From: Podarcis melisellensis
Lineage: Eukaryota
NCBI GenBank assembly: GCA_964234715.1
Contig: OZ174279.1
Direction: 5' to 3' (one strand)
Length of the DNA: 64,000 bases
The notes under the pieces were generated by a model. It made no database searches and was not told where the DNA came from. It saw only the letters and a program-made list of their open reading frames with translations. The stretch's first letter is position 1; each line of letters begins with the position of its first letter. The position numbers and the translations under genes were made by a program. Below are positions 43,501 through 56,846 of this stretch, one piece after another.

Positions 43501-46500
43501 CAAAACTAATTGTTTTTAGAATTCTGGGGAAAGGATATCTCCTGAGAGCAGCCCTGCAAGCAGACACAGTGCCCAACTCATTCTGGGTTGGTAAAAGCTT
43601 TACTGCGCAGTAAAAGCTCTACTGTGTCCTGTATTTTTACTTTACTCCACCAAGGATCCTTCTCACCAGTCCTTCTTCTGTGATAGGGGAAAAACCTCAC
43701 TTTCATTAATTCTCTTCCTCCCTTTCTGCCTGGTTTTTTTTTGCTTGCTTCTTCTTCCTCTCTCTCTAATCCTTGCTCTGCCTCTACCTTCTCCCTTCAA
43801 GTAGAACACAGTTGTGCAATTTGGGCTTGTGGCCACTTGTCCTATTCTTTCTCCATCCTTTCTCAGTAGCCTTCAGCACTTGACTTGTGATTTGGGCATT
43901 ATCATCATTTATTTTAAAACTCCCCTTTTCAGGGTTACATCCTGAAGTCTCAGTTGTTTTCCACTCCTTATGGAGTGTTCCACTATTCAAGCCAAAGACC
44001 TACGTTACCCAGTTTGTGCTCCTGTTTATTCTGAAAGCATGGTAGTTTCTAGGCCAGCTCTTCCAGGCTGACAGCAGCCTGCTCTCCAGCACAAAGAGCT
44101 GGGGCCCATAGAGCAAACAGACTCTTGAGCACAACACTATATTCCCTCATCCATCTATTGTTCCTGAAGGGCTTATTCCCCAAACATGAAATCAGGTTTC
44201 CGACCTCTTTAGAGACATACTGTACTTCCCAAGCAAGCGTGCTAAGATATCATCACGTCATATATTTATATTGAAAAAGGGCTTCTCCCCTCACCTCATC
44301 CCTCATAAGGTTGGATCACAACTGGCCAGACTTACTCTGAACTGATATTGCCAGTTCTGTTTGTTAAATTGGTATCCTCCCCACAAAACTACAAATGCAG
44401 ACGATTTCTTTCTTTCTTTCTGAGCTGGACACTATTTAAAGCCTGTGACAATAAAATCTATCTTGCTTTTATTAAGCTCTTCCAGTTTCAGTTTTTATGG
44501 CAAATCCACTGGATCATAACAGTATCACATTCTCTGAAGGAAACCCACATTTCAACGAGCAGACAATTTTAAGGTATCTGCTACTGCGCCTGAATCTCCA
44601 AACAAAGAGATGAACATATTGAGAAATCTGATTGGGATTCAACTTGCTCAGAACTATACCACATCAAATTGTAGATGTTAGTTGATGGTAATGTTAGCTT
44701 TCTATATGCAAGTATCAAATATTTGATCCTACAATGAATGGCTGTGCTATATTTCTGAATGTGTCATTTGGCTAATCGTGTGCATTCTACTTAGAAGAGT
44801 GTAAAAGTAGCAACGGGTATCATTGTAACCTACCTTCTGCATCATTCTCAGCACCCATTTCCCCAAAACTCTTCCATCGTTCCTTGGCTCTAGATAAGAA
44901 GATTTCATAGAGTTCTGCAAAACAGACAGCAAAATGGAGCCAAAGGGCAAATTTACAGATAAGAACTACACAATTTTCACAGTAATCCTGTTTTTATTAT
45001 ATGCATTTTAGTTATAAAAACCAGGAAGGGAAATCATACTGTGTAATATCCAGCCAGTGACTCGGGACAGCTTCCCTGAATTTAGTTTTAGCTTGAGACA
45101 TGAACAAGCCTTTTGGCTGCTTGAATATCCCCCGTTGCACACACAAACAAACCACTAGGTACTCCATTAACAAAATTTAACCAACTTCAAACCATGGCTT
45201 CATATTCCAGAACTGTTGAACATATATTCCTAGTTAAGATTAACCAGGAAACAATTGTTAATGGAAACTCATGTAAAAGGGCTTCATGCTCAGCTAAAAT
45301 GCTCCTTCGTGTATCTGGGTATTAATCCAAGACGTGATTGTCCAAACAAGTACATAGAGATCTAGGCATGCTCCATACAAAGATTTGTGAACTGTTAGAA
45401 TCTTTATGTTGTTCCAGTTCTTAAAACCAGCTATACTGATCTTTCTTGAAAGAGATGAAACTGAAACATGCTAAAATCTACTAACGAAGTGATCTCTTCC
45501 TAAAAAGAGTGAGTCTTCTTGCATATTAAAAACAGTCTCTTGAACTAAAATATTTAGTCAAGTCCCATTATTTAAAGGCTGTCTCCTCCCCCACCCAACA
45601 AAACCATTAACAAGCTCTAGCTTTTTGAAAAGTATTTGACAGCTAGAAAAAGTTGTCCCTTTCATTATCATCTTTAAATGGCTTCAATTTAAAACTGGTA
45701 TTGGGAGACCGTGCCAGTTTACCTCTCCTGGGTGAAGCAAAATAGATACATTTTTGAACTTCTGTGGCATAAATTAATCTCTTCTAAAAGCAACTTCTTT
45801 CTGTATCAATAAAAGCTATTACAAACTCAGTGGAAGAAATGTTGGGTTATTTCTTGAGACCACCATCCTACTGAGAGAAGAGTTTGCATGTTTAGAACAC
45901 ATACCAGGAGTAATATTCAGTTCATTTCCTACAGCAAGACTCCACACTTTCCCACGAACACTTGGAGGTAACCCTTGCCACCACAATTCTCGAACTCTCC
46001 TTGTAGAACGCCTAAAAAAAGAGAAGATGGGGGGGGGGGGTAAGTGTTTTGGTAAGTACAGGTAATTTAGCTGCCATTCTTGGCATTTCCAGGTTGCCCC
46101 AGAAGCAAAGAACATCAGCAAGCTTTGGCTCCATATAGTGGAAAGTCAAGTGTTTTCCCTTATGGAAGCCAGATCACCTGAGAGGGCTTTTGACACAGCT
46201 TTATCCCATTTAAGCCAACAGTGCCTTATGGTTTCTCCTAGATGCCACACCCAGGGGAACCCCCTGGCCATGGAAGACCGCAATTTCGCACAGGGTGAGC
46301 ATTTAGACAAACTGCTAATGACAACAATTTATTAAAGAGATTACTGAACAGAAAAAGTAATTCTAGGCTATCATGAGCCCAAATACATGTTTGAGAACAG
46401 AAAGGAAAACATTCAAGGCTTTTGAGGGATATAAAAGCCTGTGAAGCTTATATTTAATGCTTTTTCATCCTGCTCTTCAGTCAAACAGGCTTCCATAGCA

Positions 46501-49356
46501 GCTAACAAGCATCAGTAAAAAGGCTCCTGATGTTACAAAGTCATCTATACTTACATAGTCTCCCAATTAGGCAGTATTTCATTGACCCAAATCACCATAG
46601 CGCTAGCGATGTTCTCCTCTTGCTTGAAGCGTTCTTTCATTATTTTCTTCCTTCTATGTGCATCCTTAATTTCTATTAAATCCAGAATATTTTTAATTTT
46701 AATTTTAAAATCAACATTTCAAAAATGTATCAAGATAGAAAATGTTCTGGGGGTTACATTCTCCAGATTAAGTCAACTGCCAAAATTTCTTGCATATCGG
46801 CGCTGTTGAGATTAGCTCTCGACAGAAATATGAATCTCCCAATACTGTCAATTTCCCGATTTCCTCTTCCAAGTTTGCAAGACATAGTGGAAGTCTGCAA
46901 TTGTGTATATCTAGTAAGAGGAAGTAGGGCTGCACACTGACTAACCAACATCTCAAATAATGTTTGAATAAGCTGTTCTAGAGGAGCTTCGTAAGAAACC
47001 ACCTGTTGCATGAACCATGACAAGCCAAGTTAGGACAGATGTTATTGGATGACTAATTAAATCTCAGAAAGCTGGGAGAGTAATGTAATAGTGAATTCTA
47101 AGGGAAATTAGAGAGAGCCAGCAGTTTGAAGCAGAAGCAATATTACTGATTCCAAGCAGAATGACTGGAGTAACAAAGATTATCATTTCTTAAGTAAGAG
47201 ATTACATTTCCAACTCCAACATTTACCCCCCCCCCCAAAAAAATCCACCTTCTCAGATACCATCAGTATATAGAGGCAAAGATGAAACACAACAGCAAGT
47301 CGGTTGTTTCAGTCTCCAATCCTGCATTTTCCTTCATCACGTTAGAATTTGTGTTATTTAGTGAATTGTAGAGTTGGAAGAGATACCAAGGGTCATCTAG
47401 CTCAACCCTGTGCAATGCAGGAAGCTCATGGAAATCTGCCTTGCTTTCAGGGCTGTTTCAAATATTACTGGTCTTTGTACACAGACATGAGTGACCTCTA
47501 TAATTTCTCACCCCAGACCCAATCAAGCCAGAGGGGTTCACTGAAACCCTTGTGGTGCTACTGCCTGCTTGGGACAGGGAGAATAGGAGGGAGAATAGGA
47601 GGGGTAGGTCTTCCAAGTACCCACCACAATACAAGGCTGGTGGGTTGTATTTGGCAAGGTAGGTAATAAGTTCTGTAGGTTTTATGTAAAAAGCGTGTAT
47701 ACCACACTGTACAACCTACATGTCACCTGCGTACTTTCCCTTACGTAAAGGGTCCAATTCATGTAAGAAAAAAAGCAATTCTATTTGACAGGCTGTTAAA
47801 ACATATTGCTGACTGCACCGACCAGCCAACATAAGAAGCAAGTTGCCTTTGAGAAAGTATTTTAATTGACGCTGGAGTGCTAATCTATTGCTATCATGGG
47901 TAAGCACTTGCAAGGGTGTAAGAAAGTTATGCACAAACATTAATAAACACGCACAGCATTATGGTTTCAACACTGGCACGAGCTCCAAGGGGTAGATAAG
48001 CAAATGTATCCTTTGTAAGGTCAAGACATAAAGTCTTTTAACTTGCACACAGTCTTGGTGCAGGATGACAACAGGTTTTAGGCTGAGGATAGAATCCACT
48101 AAACGCCATCTGCTGAAGGCTGCTGAAGTTGAAAAGGCAGTGATCACCTGCATTTCCATATACACTAACTGAATTGTATACCAGTTCAACAGCATAACAT
48201 ACACAAATGGCACATATCTAAACTGTGACTCTCTCCAGCGGAACACAAGCTACCAAGCTACTGCTTTGGCTTTTTCTGCCATGTTAAGCTGCAGAGGTGA
48301 GTGTAACAGTGAAATAGATGCGTCGTGTGTGTTAGAGAGAAATATCTAGCTGTGCGTGCTGTGTGTGTACACTCAAAAAGCATTTATGAATATCTGTCTT
48401 CAGAATCCCAAATACAAAGCAATGAATGAAACAAATGTGAAAGTTTCAGTTCCACACAGAGTGTGCTAAAGTGTTAAAATTGCAGCCATACTTTGAAGGA
48501 CAAATTAACTTCATTTTAAGACTGAACCTCTGTGTTAAAAGAAAGAAAGAAGAGTTTTCTTTTAGTCCAGGATAATTTGCATTCTATTTTTTATATTCCC
48601 ACATTTTCGTTTTTAGAAAATAGCATTATGAACAGTAAGACTAGCCATACCTCTCTTTTTTGCTTCTGCCACCATTTCATCATATTCTTGTCTGTGACGT
48701 AAAGCCTCTTCTACAGATTTTGCAGGAAGGTTCCTGGGGGGAAAACATAAGCAAAGGTAAGGCTAAATGAATCAAATTAAAAAGTTCTGTTTTGTTTCGT
48801 TTCCTATACAAGGGAATAAATTATTCCACTCTGCTTACTCCCAATAGGACCTTCCCGTCTGAGCCGTGCAAGATACCATAATTACCTTACTGAAGGAAAG
48901 ATTTATGCCCAATATCTCAGGAGGCAGGCAGACTATAAATAAGGGGAAAGGTAAGACTGACCCACATTATACAATATTTATAGTACAAACCTTCATCGTT
49001 TGTTTCCGGACATAATTCAAGTTGCTGGGATGGATCTAGGAAGTCATTTACAACTTAGGGCAAGGGTATCTGAAGGGCTACCTGAATGAACATTTCTGTG
49101 CACCACAAAAACCAACATTAAATTTTGATATGATCTTCAGGAGGAGGTAGGCAAATCCTTCCAGGCATAACTTTGGTCATAACAACCTGCTTTGACATGA
49201 AACTGATACTCTGCTTTCAAAAGAACTCGTAGCGACTTACGATGGTCGATCCTCCAAAATAAGAGCAGTAGTTGAAAGTGGCTCAAATTCAAAGTGTCTA
49301 CGTCTTGTCGCTTGGGGTACAGGTTTACATGTTTTTCCTGTTCGTGCTTCATACTC
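34432..49356 (-). CDS. TBC1D12: TBC1 domain family member 12 (Rab-GAP TBC domain), 3' 11 exons (412 aa in window)
   Basis: In-phase GT-AG exons; R-finger IKLDISRT and Q-finger YVQGMS; C-terminus [22 protein letters not shown] matches TBC1D12 rather than TBC1D14; neighbours PLCE1/NOC3L as in human. Confidence 0.96.
35460..35593. other. Assembly gap (134 N)
   Basis: Run of N inside the last TBC1D12 intron. Confidence 1.
35705..35963 (-). CDS. TBC1D12: TBC1D12 penultimate exon
   Basis: [31 protein letters not shown]...KKWAQ. Confidence 0.95.
36496..36605 (-). CDS. TBC1D12: TBC1D12 exon
   Basis: [20 protein letters not shown]...YLIDW. Confidence 0.95.
37229..37357 (-). CDS. TBC1D12: TBC1D12 exon (Q-finger)
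   Basis: [15 protein letters not shown]...FFRVDHSM. Confidence 0.95.
37431..37792 (+). mobile_element. Full-length Sauria SINE (tRNA-derived)
   Basis: A box TGGCGCTGTGG, B box GGTTCGAATCC, (ACCTTT)n tail, and 14-bp TSD TAGGGATCTATAAG (37418-37431, 37793-37806). Confidence 0.93.
38041..38396 (-). mobile_element. 5'-truncated L1-like 3'UTR insertion
   Basis: Poly-T start and TTTATT on +, flanked by duplicated CTAATGTATTTTT (38032.., 38397..). Confidence 0.7.
38648..39153. mobile_element. Old hAT-Charlie-like element
   Basis: CAGGGCTGGGAAAC left end; degraded TSD CTCTAGAC / CTCTAAAT; internal 40-bp direct repeat. Confidence 0.55.
39416..39457. repeat. Alternating purine-pyrimidine tract (GT)n(GC)n
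   Basis: tgtgtgtgtgtgtgcgcgcgcacgcgtgcatgcacacatgca. Confidence 0.8.
39615..39686 (-). CDS. TBC1D12: TBC1D12 exon
   Basis: [24 protein letters not shown]. Confidence 0.95.
40357..40805. mobile_element. Non-autonomous hAT element
   Basis: TIR CAGAGGTCACCAAC / GTTGGCGACGCTG; perfect TSD CATTAGGT (40349-40356, 40806-40813). Confidence 0.85.
41270..41721. mobile_element. Tc1/mariner-superfamily MITE
   Basis: TIR CCGTATTTTTCGCCCTATAGG / CCTATAGGGTGAAAAATATGG with TA flanks. Confidence 0.88.
42731..42825 (-). CDS. TBC1D12: TBC1D12 exon (R-finger)
   Basis: [25 protein letters not shown]. Confidence 0.95.
44834..44914 (-). CDS. TBC1D12: TBC1D12 exon
   Basis: [17 protein letters not shown]. Confidence 0.95.
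45905..46011 (-). CDS. TBC1D12: TBC1D12 exon
   Basis: [35 protein letters not shown]. Confidence 0.95.
46555..46672 (-). CDS. TBC1D12: TBC1D12 exon
   Basis: [19 protein letters not shown]...EILPNWET. Confidence 0.95.
47362..47422 (-). mobile_element. CR1 LINE 3' tail fragment
   Basis: gaattgtagagttggaag...ggtcatctag..caaccc signature, recognised by pattern only. Confidence 0.55.
48651..48733 (-). CDS. TBC1D12: TBC1D12 exon
   Basis: [27 protein letters not shown]. Confidence 0.95.
49241..49356 (-). CDS. TBC1D12: TBC1D12 exon (most 5' in window)
   Basis: [12 protein letters not shown]...[17 protein letters not shown]. Confidence 0.94.
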
Positions 49357-50489
49357 CTAAACAAGATTGAATGATATAATTTTAGTTGATCCACAGATGG
49401 GATAAATGGCAACAGTTTAAGCTTCCATCAATGAAGCTATGAGTCGCCTAGGTAACGACAACTTCAGAGTCAGATGAATATTGCTAGCAGCCATGCACAG
49501 TATCAGCTTGAGACTCAGGACAGAGCGAAAGGCGCTGCATCTTAATCGTGTTGTAACCAACACAAGCTGAAAGAGTAAATGTTCTGCAAATTACAGCGTG
49601 TGGAAAATCCATATAAAAGGAGGAAGCAAGACAAGAGAAATAATCTGCTACTTATTGAAAGTTTCTGGTCCCATTCTGATGTAACCTAGTGCTAAACTAC
49701 GGTTTACCGTTATGGTTTGAAGTTCACCAGTTTCAACTAACCATAGTTGAGTTTGTCCTGGTTTAGACATAACACTTAACTGTGATTAGTGTAAAACAGA
49801 AGTAAGTGCATTTGAACTGCTCTTCCCAATCACACAGGAAGGACAGAAGGGGGACAGGAAAGACTACAAACACAAGGCTTACTATGGGCTCATTCCTATA
49901 ATGATAAACCATGTCTGACGAAGCCACTGTCTTTACTATCTCAGTTGTCAGTAGTATGGTAATCTGAATGTATACCACCACCCTGCTATCAGATTAAAAC
50001 GTTGATCAACTTAGGTTGATTATACAGAAAATAATTATACAGAAAATAATTATAAAGCATATGTTTCTTCCTCACCAACACACATTCTTGCTGATTGTAT
50101 TAAAAAGTGAGGTGAAACATTAAATGTGGCCAAACGACAATCTAAAAGGCTTGTATCAAAGAACTGTACCCACAGTGGTTTTGCAGTAATGACTACACTA
50201 GAGGTTTGGCCACTCTTTAGTATAAAGGAGATCAGGGCAAAATACTGCTACATACTGAATCAAATCCCCCCCCCATTAAAAATATCTCAAATACACTGCT
50301 AAATTCCACAGACCTAGCCCATTTCAAAACATAAAAAGCAACAAATCAGTTGAACTGAAAAAATATGCTGTTCTAAATAACTGGATTTGCAGCAGTTACA
50401 GAGGTAAAAATTATATGCACCAAGAGGTACAAAGCAAGCACACTAGTTTTCTCATGAAAACTTTATCTTCGCCTTTAAAATGCATGGCT

Positions 50490-50563
50490 AGAACCTAAGA
50501 GCCCTCCTGGATCAGACCAAAGGTCATTAAGTCCAGCATCCTGTTCTGACTGTGGCCAACCAG
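50490..50563 (-). mobile_element. CR1 LINE 3' tail fragment
   Basis: ctggatcagaccaaagg..agtccagcatcctgttc..gtggccaaccag signature, recognised by pattern only. Confidence 0.55.
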
Positions 50564-52509
50564 ATAAAGCTCCTTAATTAATTTGGTACACCTAAAATGT
50601 AAACAAAAAACAAAAAAACCCAACCAACCCCCCAAGCCCCTCAACTATTCAGAAATCCCTTCTGCCAAAATATCAATACTATATGAGGGCCTAACAGAGG
50701 ATGAGTTTTCATAACATAATAAAAGTTTGGTGCCACCTTTTAAAAGGAGTTTGGCTATTTTGGACACCGTTTGCTAGCATTCAGAATCGGAGCAAGGCAC
50801 AGGAGGCTTGTGGCTTCGCTTTTGCAAGCATGTTGGCTGGAGAACAAGAATACCACTTCATTTAAAGCATCCAACCATGGCAAGTTACTGTGGCATCAAA
50901 TTCATCAGTTATGGTTTGGTCAGACAGCTAAAAGAGGGGTTCCCTGCCTGATGCAGCGACAGGGTTGTACAGATTGCAGCACTTATTTGGCATCAACCCA
51001 CAGCATTATTATTGCTTTAGAGAATGCTGCTGGGACAGCTACAACATAAATGAAAAGGCCACACCATTTACATTACCATGTTTTTGGCACTACGTTAAAT
51101 ACATTTATGGCAACTGCACAGATGATTTTTCAGCCTAACATAAATATTCAGAAATATAATTTACATATTTCAGATGTAGCAGATATCCTAATCTTAATTA
51201 TTGGGGATGAAATGACTCACTAGAATCAGCAAGATTCAATTCTGCCAAACATGGCTGGCCTTACCAGCCACTACCCATAATATTTCCAAGCTTGTCTTCA
51301 CAACTACAATGGCTAGAAGACTTCAACAGACCCATTAATGGGAGCTACTGTCCTCCAGACATGGGAAAGGTAACGGACATTTGGACATTTTCAGAAGGTC
51401 AAATTAAGAGGCTGGGAAAAGCATCTATTCAGAGAATGTTAGAAGCAATAAATACATTTTTATAAGTTATGCAATGGAGTGCAAAAAAAGATAAATGTTG
51501 TGCCAGTGAACACATAAAAGTATAGATGCTTGCCAGGCTGATTAGTCACAGTTAGGGCTGTGTATACTTTATGCTGGTAAAAGGTTTGTGCCAAGATAAT
51601 GCAAGATCTGCACCCTGCATAAATTCTGTTTGCTCACTCTGCTTAAATGTCTGCTAATCTTAGATAGTAGCAGGAAACTCTTCAGTACAATAAAGCTTCA
51701 CCCTGTGACCATTAGAAGCCCTGCCCTGGAAACCCTACCCTGCCTCATCTGTTTTGTTTGTTGTTGTTTTAATTTTTACCAGGCACTACCCACAATATTT
51801 CCAAGTTTATCTTCCCAGCCACAAAGACTAGAAATTATCAGGCTACTGAATTCTGGACCCAATACCAGTTTCTGTGCCTGCACAGTGCAAACACCAGCTA
51901 CATTCAGCCTTTGCTAAAGCACTTTTAGATAGGCTAGCTGAGACAGGTACCTCCTGCACACAGCAATTTCTTGACAATTGCTACTGTCTGTAAGATAGAA
52001 AATCAATTAAGAATGCCATTTTGGACACAAGTTTCCTTGTGTCAGTACTGAATGCATAAAGGGCAAGGAAGGGATGCAAGACTCTGAACACTTAACTCCT
52101 TGTTTATTTTGTGATGTGACAAACTGAAAGCAAGCTTGTTTGAATGCTTTGCCATTTGAGCAATTGTGTGTATTTCTAACTGTGTAAAATTAAAGTTAAC
52201 ACTGTTACCTTGTGACTTGTTCTTGGCTATAAACACCAGCCAAGGAGATATCAAATATGTTCATGAACCTCAACTGCCTGTGTAACAATCATTTCAAGAG
52301 GCTACTTTATGTGCATGGACTAAAAGTAAAAATAAAATAACTACTGTATGTTCCTAACATTGAGTTTCTGGATTGCCAATTGACAAAACTTATTTGACAT
52401 AATGTGAGGTATGGAAGGAATATCAGAGAGATGAAATTCAGTGTTTCTTATGAAGATAACCATGCATGGCAAGAAACTGACTATTCCTACCTTATGCCTC
52501 CCTTAGGGG

Positions 52510-52903
52510 AGCGTTTCCCAACCTGGTGGCCTCTAGATACTTGGACTATAATAGTTCCATCATTCCTGACTTGGGTCAAGCTGGTGGGAACTGATGGGAG
52601 TTGTGGCCCAACATATCTGGAGTGCACCAGTTATCAACCATATCAGACTATTATGACAGCTCCAAAAATATGTAATGCATCGGCTTAAAGCATATCATTC
52701 ACACGTTATATGTTTCCAGGGAGAAACACTAGTGTAACAGGGTAATCACTGCATAATGTGTGATGCTGCCCCAAATGTTCAGTTGAGAAGCATGTAACAG
52801 CATCCTAAGCAGTGTTTCCGAACCTGGTGCCCTCCATATATTTAAAGCTCCCATCAGTCCCAGCTTGCATAACCACTGGTGGGCACCCAGTTGGGGAAGG
52901 CTG
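52510..52903. mobile_element. Two degenerate hAT MITEs of the TCCCATCA family
   Basis: About 52510-52632 and 52810-52903, with tcccatca / tgatgggagttg cores. Confidence 0.55.
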
Positions 52904-55900
52904 ATCTTAAAGCGCCCCAACTCCAATAATACCTTACTGGGTTGGGAATTTTTCTTCATTAAAACTTTAAACATCTGATAGTTCTATACATATTCCCTGC
53001 TCCATTGCTTTTTCCTCTGGTGGTATGTCTATTAAATCATAAGCTTTCAGGCAGCAACACTCTTAAAAAAATGTGTGTGCTTTGTAAGATTCAGATGCCT
53101 GATAAAATACTATTCCTGGTCCTTGCACTGAAGAAGAAAATAGATTCCTAGCATCAGACTGCAGATACACAGCCAAATAAACAGTTCTCCAACTCTGTCT
53201 AGTCTCTTGATAATTCCGACCATCCACCCAATAAATTGAACCAGGATAATCTATAAATGGAGATCCCAAGTTAACTGTGGGAAGCAAAGAAGAAAACCCT
53301 TTGTCATAGAGTTATGAAAGTGTATTTTAGACAATCTCTGGTAGGGGCACCATGTCACTCACTCCCCCCCTTTGCTGTAAGTAGCATCATTCTCTGGGAT
53401 ATGAAACAAAGACTGTGTTCAAATGAAGTGCAGAATCCACTACATGTTATATTCATCAAACTGAAACCCAAGTGCTTCATTGTTCTTGACAAGTCTACCT
53501 TGCCACTAACAAATAAGAACTCCAAACCTAAGGATTAGCTTGTTGTTGTTGTTGTTCCAAGGTGGGTTACAATAATAAAAGCACAATGTTTAAAAACAGC
53601 TTAAAACAACTTAAAATTACAGAATAACCTGGGTCCTAAAAATACATCAAGTGTCAAAACCCAGTGTATAGAGGTGCACCTTTTTAAGTTCAGGAATTTG
53701 CATCAGAGAGAGGAGTTGCTGATACATTACAGCAAAGGCAACTCAGAAGATATTAAAAAGCAAGCCTTATAAAGAGGTTTAAAGGAATTTGAAAAAGCAG
53801 AGTGTGAATGGCAGTAGATATGGCAACAGACATACAATTACCCCAAGAAAGGGAAATTGGAGAGAATGAAAGATGAGGAAGCAGAGTCAGCCTATCAGCA
53901 TTTCCACTCTCTCTAAAGAAAACAATATCATTTCAGTGCCACTGATGATCAAGTTCCAATAGATTCAAGTGTCAGGATTCACAAGGCACTGCAACTCAAT
54001 GCCGTCCTTCCTCCCACTCCACCCCCATCCCCACAGCAACAAAACACACAGAGGAGGGGGAAAGGGTGTTCCATTTTTTTAGGGTTAACATTTGCGCTTT
54101 TTTAACCCTTAAGGCCTTAACAAGCAAATAATAATAATAATTCAAAGAAAGGCACTCAAATATTTTAAAGGCAGAAAAGCATGCTTAACATAACCAAGAT
54201 AAACAGGAAGAAAAGGGAGGGAAGGGACTAGCTCCAACAATCTGAGCTCTCTTACATCTGCCAAAATATTCTTTTATTCTCTCAGCATGTGTCCAATTAT
54301 GTTACTAACAGATGGGGATCCTGACACTTTGATCTAGTAGTATATTTGACGAAGAGGAGAAAATAGGACTCCTATCCGACATGACCCCATTCAAATGCCA
54401 ATATTCTTACTGCAGGCTGTTCCCTATTCAAAGCTACTAAACAAATGAATAGTTAGAAACTAGGGGATTAAATGGTTGAAAGAGGAAATAACATCTAAAT
54501 GACTCATTAGTCAAGATGGCCTGAAAATCGGCTTTTCAAATACATACTACTTTAGACTGGGTTGGGATTAAGGTTCAAGATACTAAGAGAATTTAGTTTA
54601 ACATGTTAATAAGCAGCAATCTACAGCCACCCTGAGTTTTGAGTGAACAAGAGAACGGAGGGGTACACATTTTTTAAGTAGATCACACCCCCAATTTAGA
54701 TGGCGTATTCATTATTTAATCAGTTATCTAGAAAAGCAGCAAGGCTTATTGCTCATAGATAATAGTGGCAGAACAGAGAGTAATAGCTGGTCTTAATACA
54801 ATGGGAAAGTATTGCTCCATGGATAAGAGCTTACTATGAGTACAGCTAGTCAAGAAAAAAACCAGAGTCCTTTGCTTTTAAGGAAGTTCTCCTTGCACTA
54901 TAATATAGCTGCAGCCTTTGCCAAGCTCAACTCTGGCATATTTTCCCTTCACCAGTCCACTTGGAATGGCGACCTTTAACATTGGAAACTGTTACAATTA
55001 TTTAATTTCACTATACAGCCAGACATCAGCGAAGTTGCTGAAAACATTTGTAGACTATTGCTTAAAAATCGCTGAAAGCCACATGCTAAGTGAACAAGAA
55101 TGAATATTTCATTCAACTGCAACAATTAATCTGGATACATTTTCAAATGAAAGAAACGAAACAAAGAAATTCATATCAAATTTGCAAATTGTGAACAAGG
55201 GAAATGAGTAAAACTTGCTTTTCAATAATGGTATTCAGTGACTTGATGAGTTAGTACTGTTAACTCATGCTACAATTATGTGATATGCCATCTAATTCAA
55301 TGATTGCTAAAAAGATCCCATGCATGGCATATAATGTGATAGAAAAATATTAAATTTCATACCCCTGTGTTTAATAGATTGAGTGTAGATACTGATGCAA
55401 CACTGCCAGAACTTTCATCCTAATGAGAAAAACAGAAGTAAATCCTTAGAGAAACAATTGACAGTCATTAATATACAGCAACATGCATGCAAACTTTATG
55501 TTCTTCTTTACAGTTTATATGGACCACCAGTGCGTACTGCTTTTTCAAGCATGCTCATGTTCAATTCCAATGCAGATTGAGATTGAGGCATTGGGCAGAT
55601 TTAAGACATATACCCATACTCTACATTAAAAGCTAAAATTCAAAGCTTCCATCAAAAAAATCACTGAGAGTTTAAGACACAGATTGTATAATATGTAAAG
55701 AGGACAAAAATAATAATCCGTTACGGCCTTCATAGCCAAGTCATGCCCTGGCCAGCAGTCTTCAGATCTTCTCAATTAGAAAGGCCCACTCTAAATGATT
55801 AGCATCTGTGGAAACATACATTTGGCTTCTCTCTGGTATTTTTGATAAGCTTATATGTAAATTCTACTAGTTTTAAATCTTTTTAGTGAGGTGCATATGT

Positions 55901-56255
55901 TTTGGATAGCTAAAATGAATGGTTCCACGAGGACTAAGCAGGGAAAAAAGTCGACAGGAAATGATTTGGATGTTTAAATTCAGATCTATCTTAGCATTCA
56001 TTTCTGTTTATGAAGCATTTGGCACAGCAGTAAAGATGCATCAAGGGACCAATGTCCTAAACTAGCAGAGCAATTCAAACCTCCTTTGGGCTAGACTGGC
56101 AGGGGCTGGATTGGGCAAATGCACCTCCACCCAAATCAAACCCCTCCCAACAGTGCTGCTGGTCTCTTATCAGCCTTCCACTGCCTCTGGAGTGAAAGCA
56201 GCGGAGCTCCCCTTCCCAGGAGTGGGGAAGGGGCTGGGCTGGCCAGGATAAATTA

Positions 56256-56647
56256 CCAGATTTCCCTGTGTATAAGACAAAGCTTTCATATTAAAATTAA
56301 AAAGGTTTTCAAATTAAAATTAATTCTTAAAAATTGGGAGTCGTCTTATACACGGATAGTGCAGAGGGGGACATGCGACTGGTGGCCGCATGCAGTACAT
56401 TACAATCAGCGATTCAATGGGTGGTTGGATGGTGCAGCAAGGTCTGCTGGCGATTGGCGGCTGCTGGCAGAAGCGGGCAGGCGATCAGTGGGTTCGTAGA
56501 GGCGTTTGTTTGGCAGCGACGGTCAGGCGGGTGAACGATCGTTGGCACCCCCCCCATAGAAGCTCAACAACTCTGGGCAATCGCCCCCCATTTCCTCAAT
56601 TTAGAGTCCCCCAAAATAGGGGTTGTGTTATACACACAAAAATACGG
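56256..56647. mobile_element. Tc1/mariner-superfamily MITE (diverged subfamily)
   Basis: CCAGATTTCCCTGTGTATAAGAC / GTGTTATACACACAAAAATACGG with TA flanks. Confidence 0.7.
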
Positions 56648-56846
56648 TATATCCCAAGCCATCCCTGCTGATGCCACATAGTGGCCTTGGGCCCCATTTG
56701 GGCCTGGTCACTGCTCCAGCTCCAGTCTGGCACAGCAATCTGCCTGCTCGCCCCCATGTGCAGCACAGCTGCAGGTGCAGTGGTGGTCTTGCCACTCCAT
56801 AAAACCCCTTTCATGCCAGGGAGGAGTTTAGATTGCTCCCTACATA

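Noticed and set aside
44834-44914. Apparent loss of the [14 protein letters not shown] exon of TBC1D12 (absent from the ORF track)
   Set aside because: The exon was found manually with intact splice sites, so the gene is not disrupted
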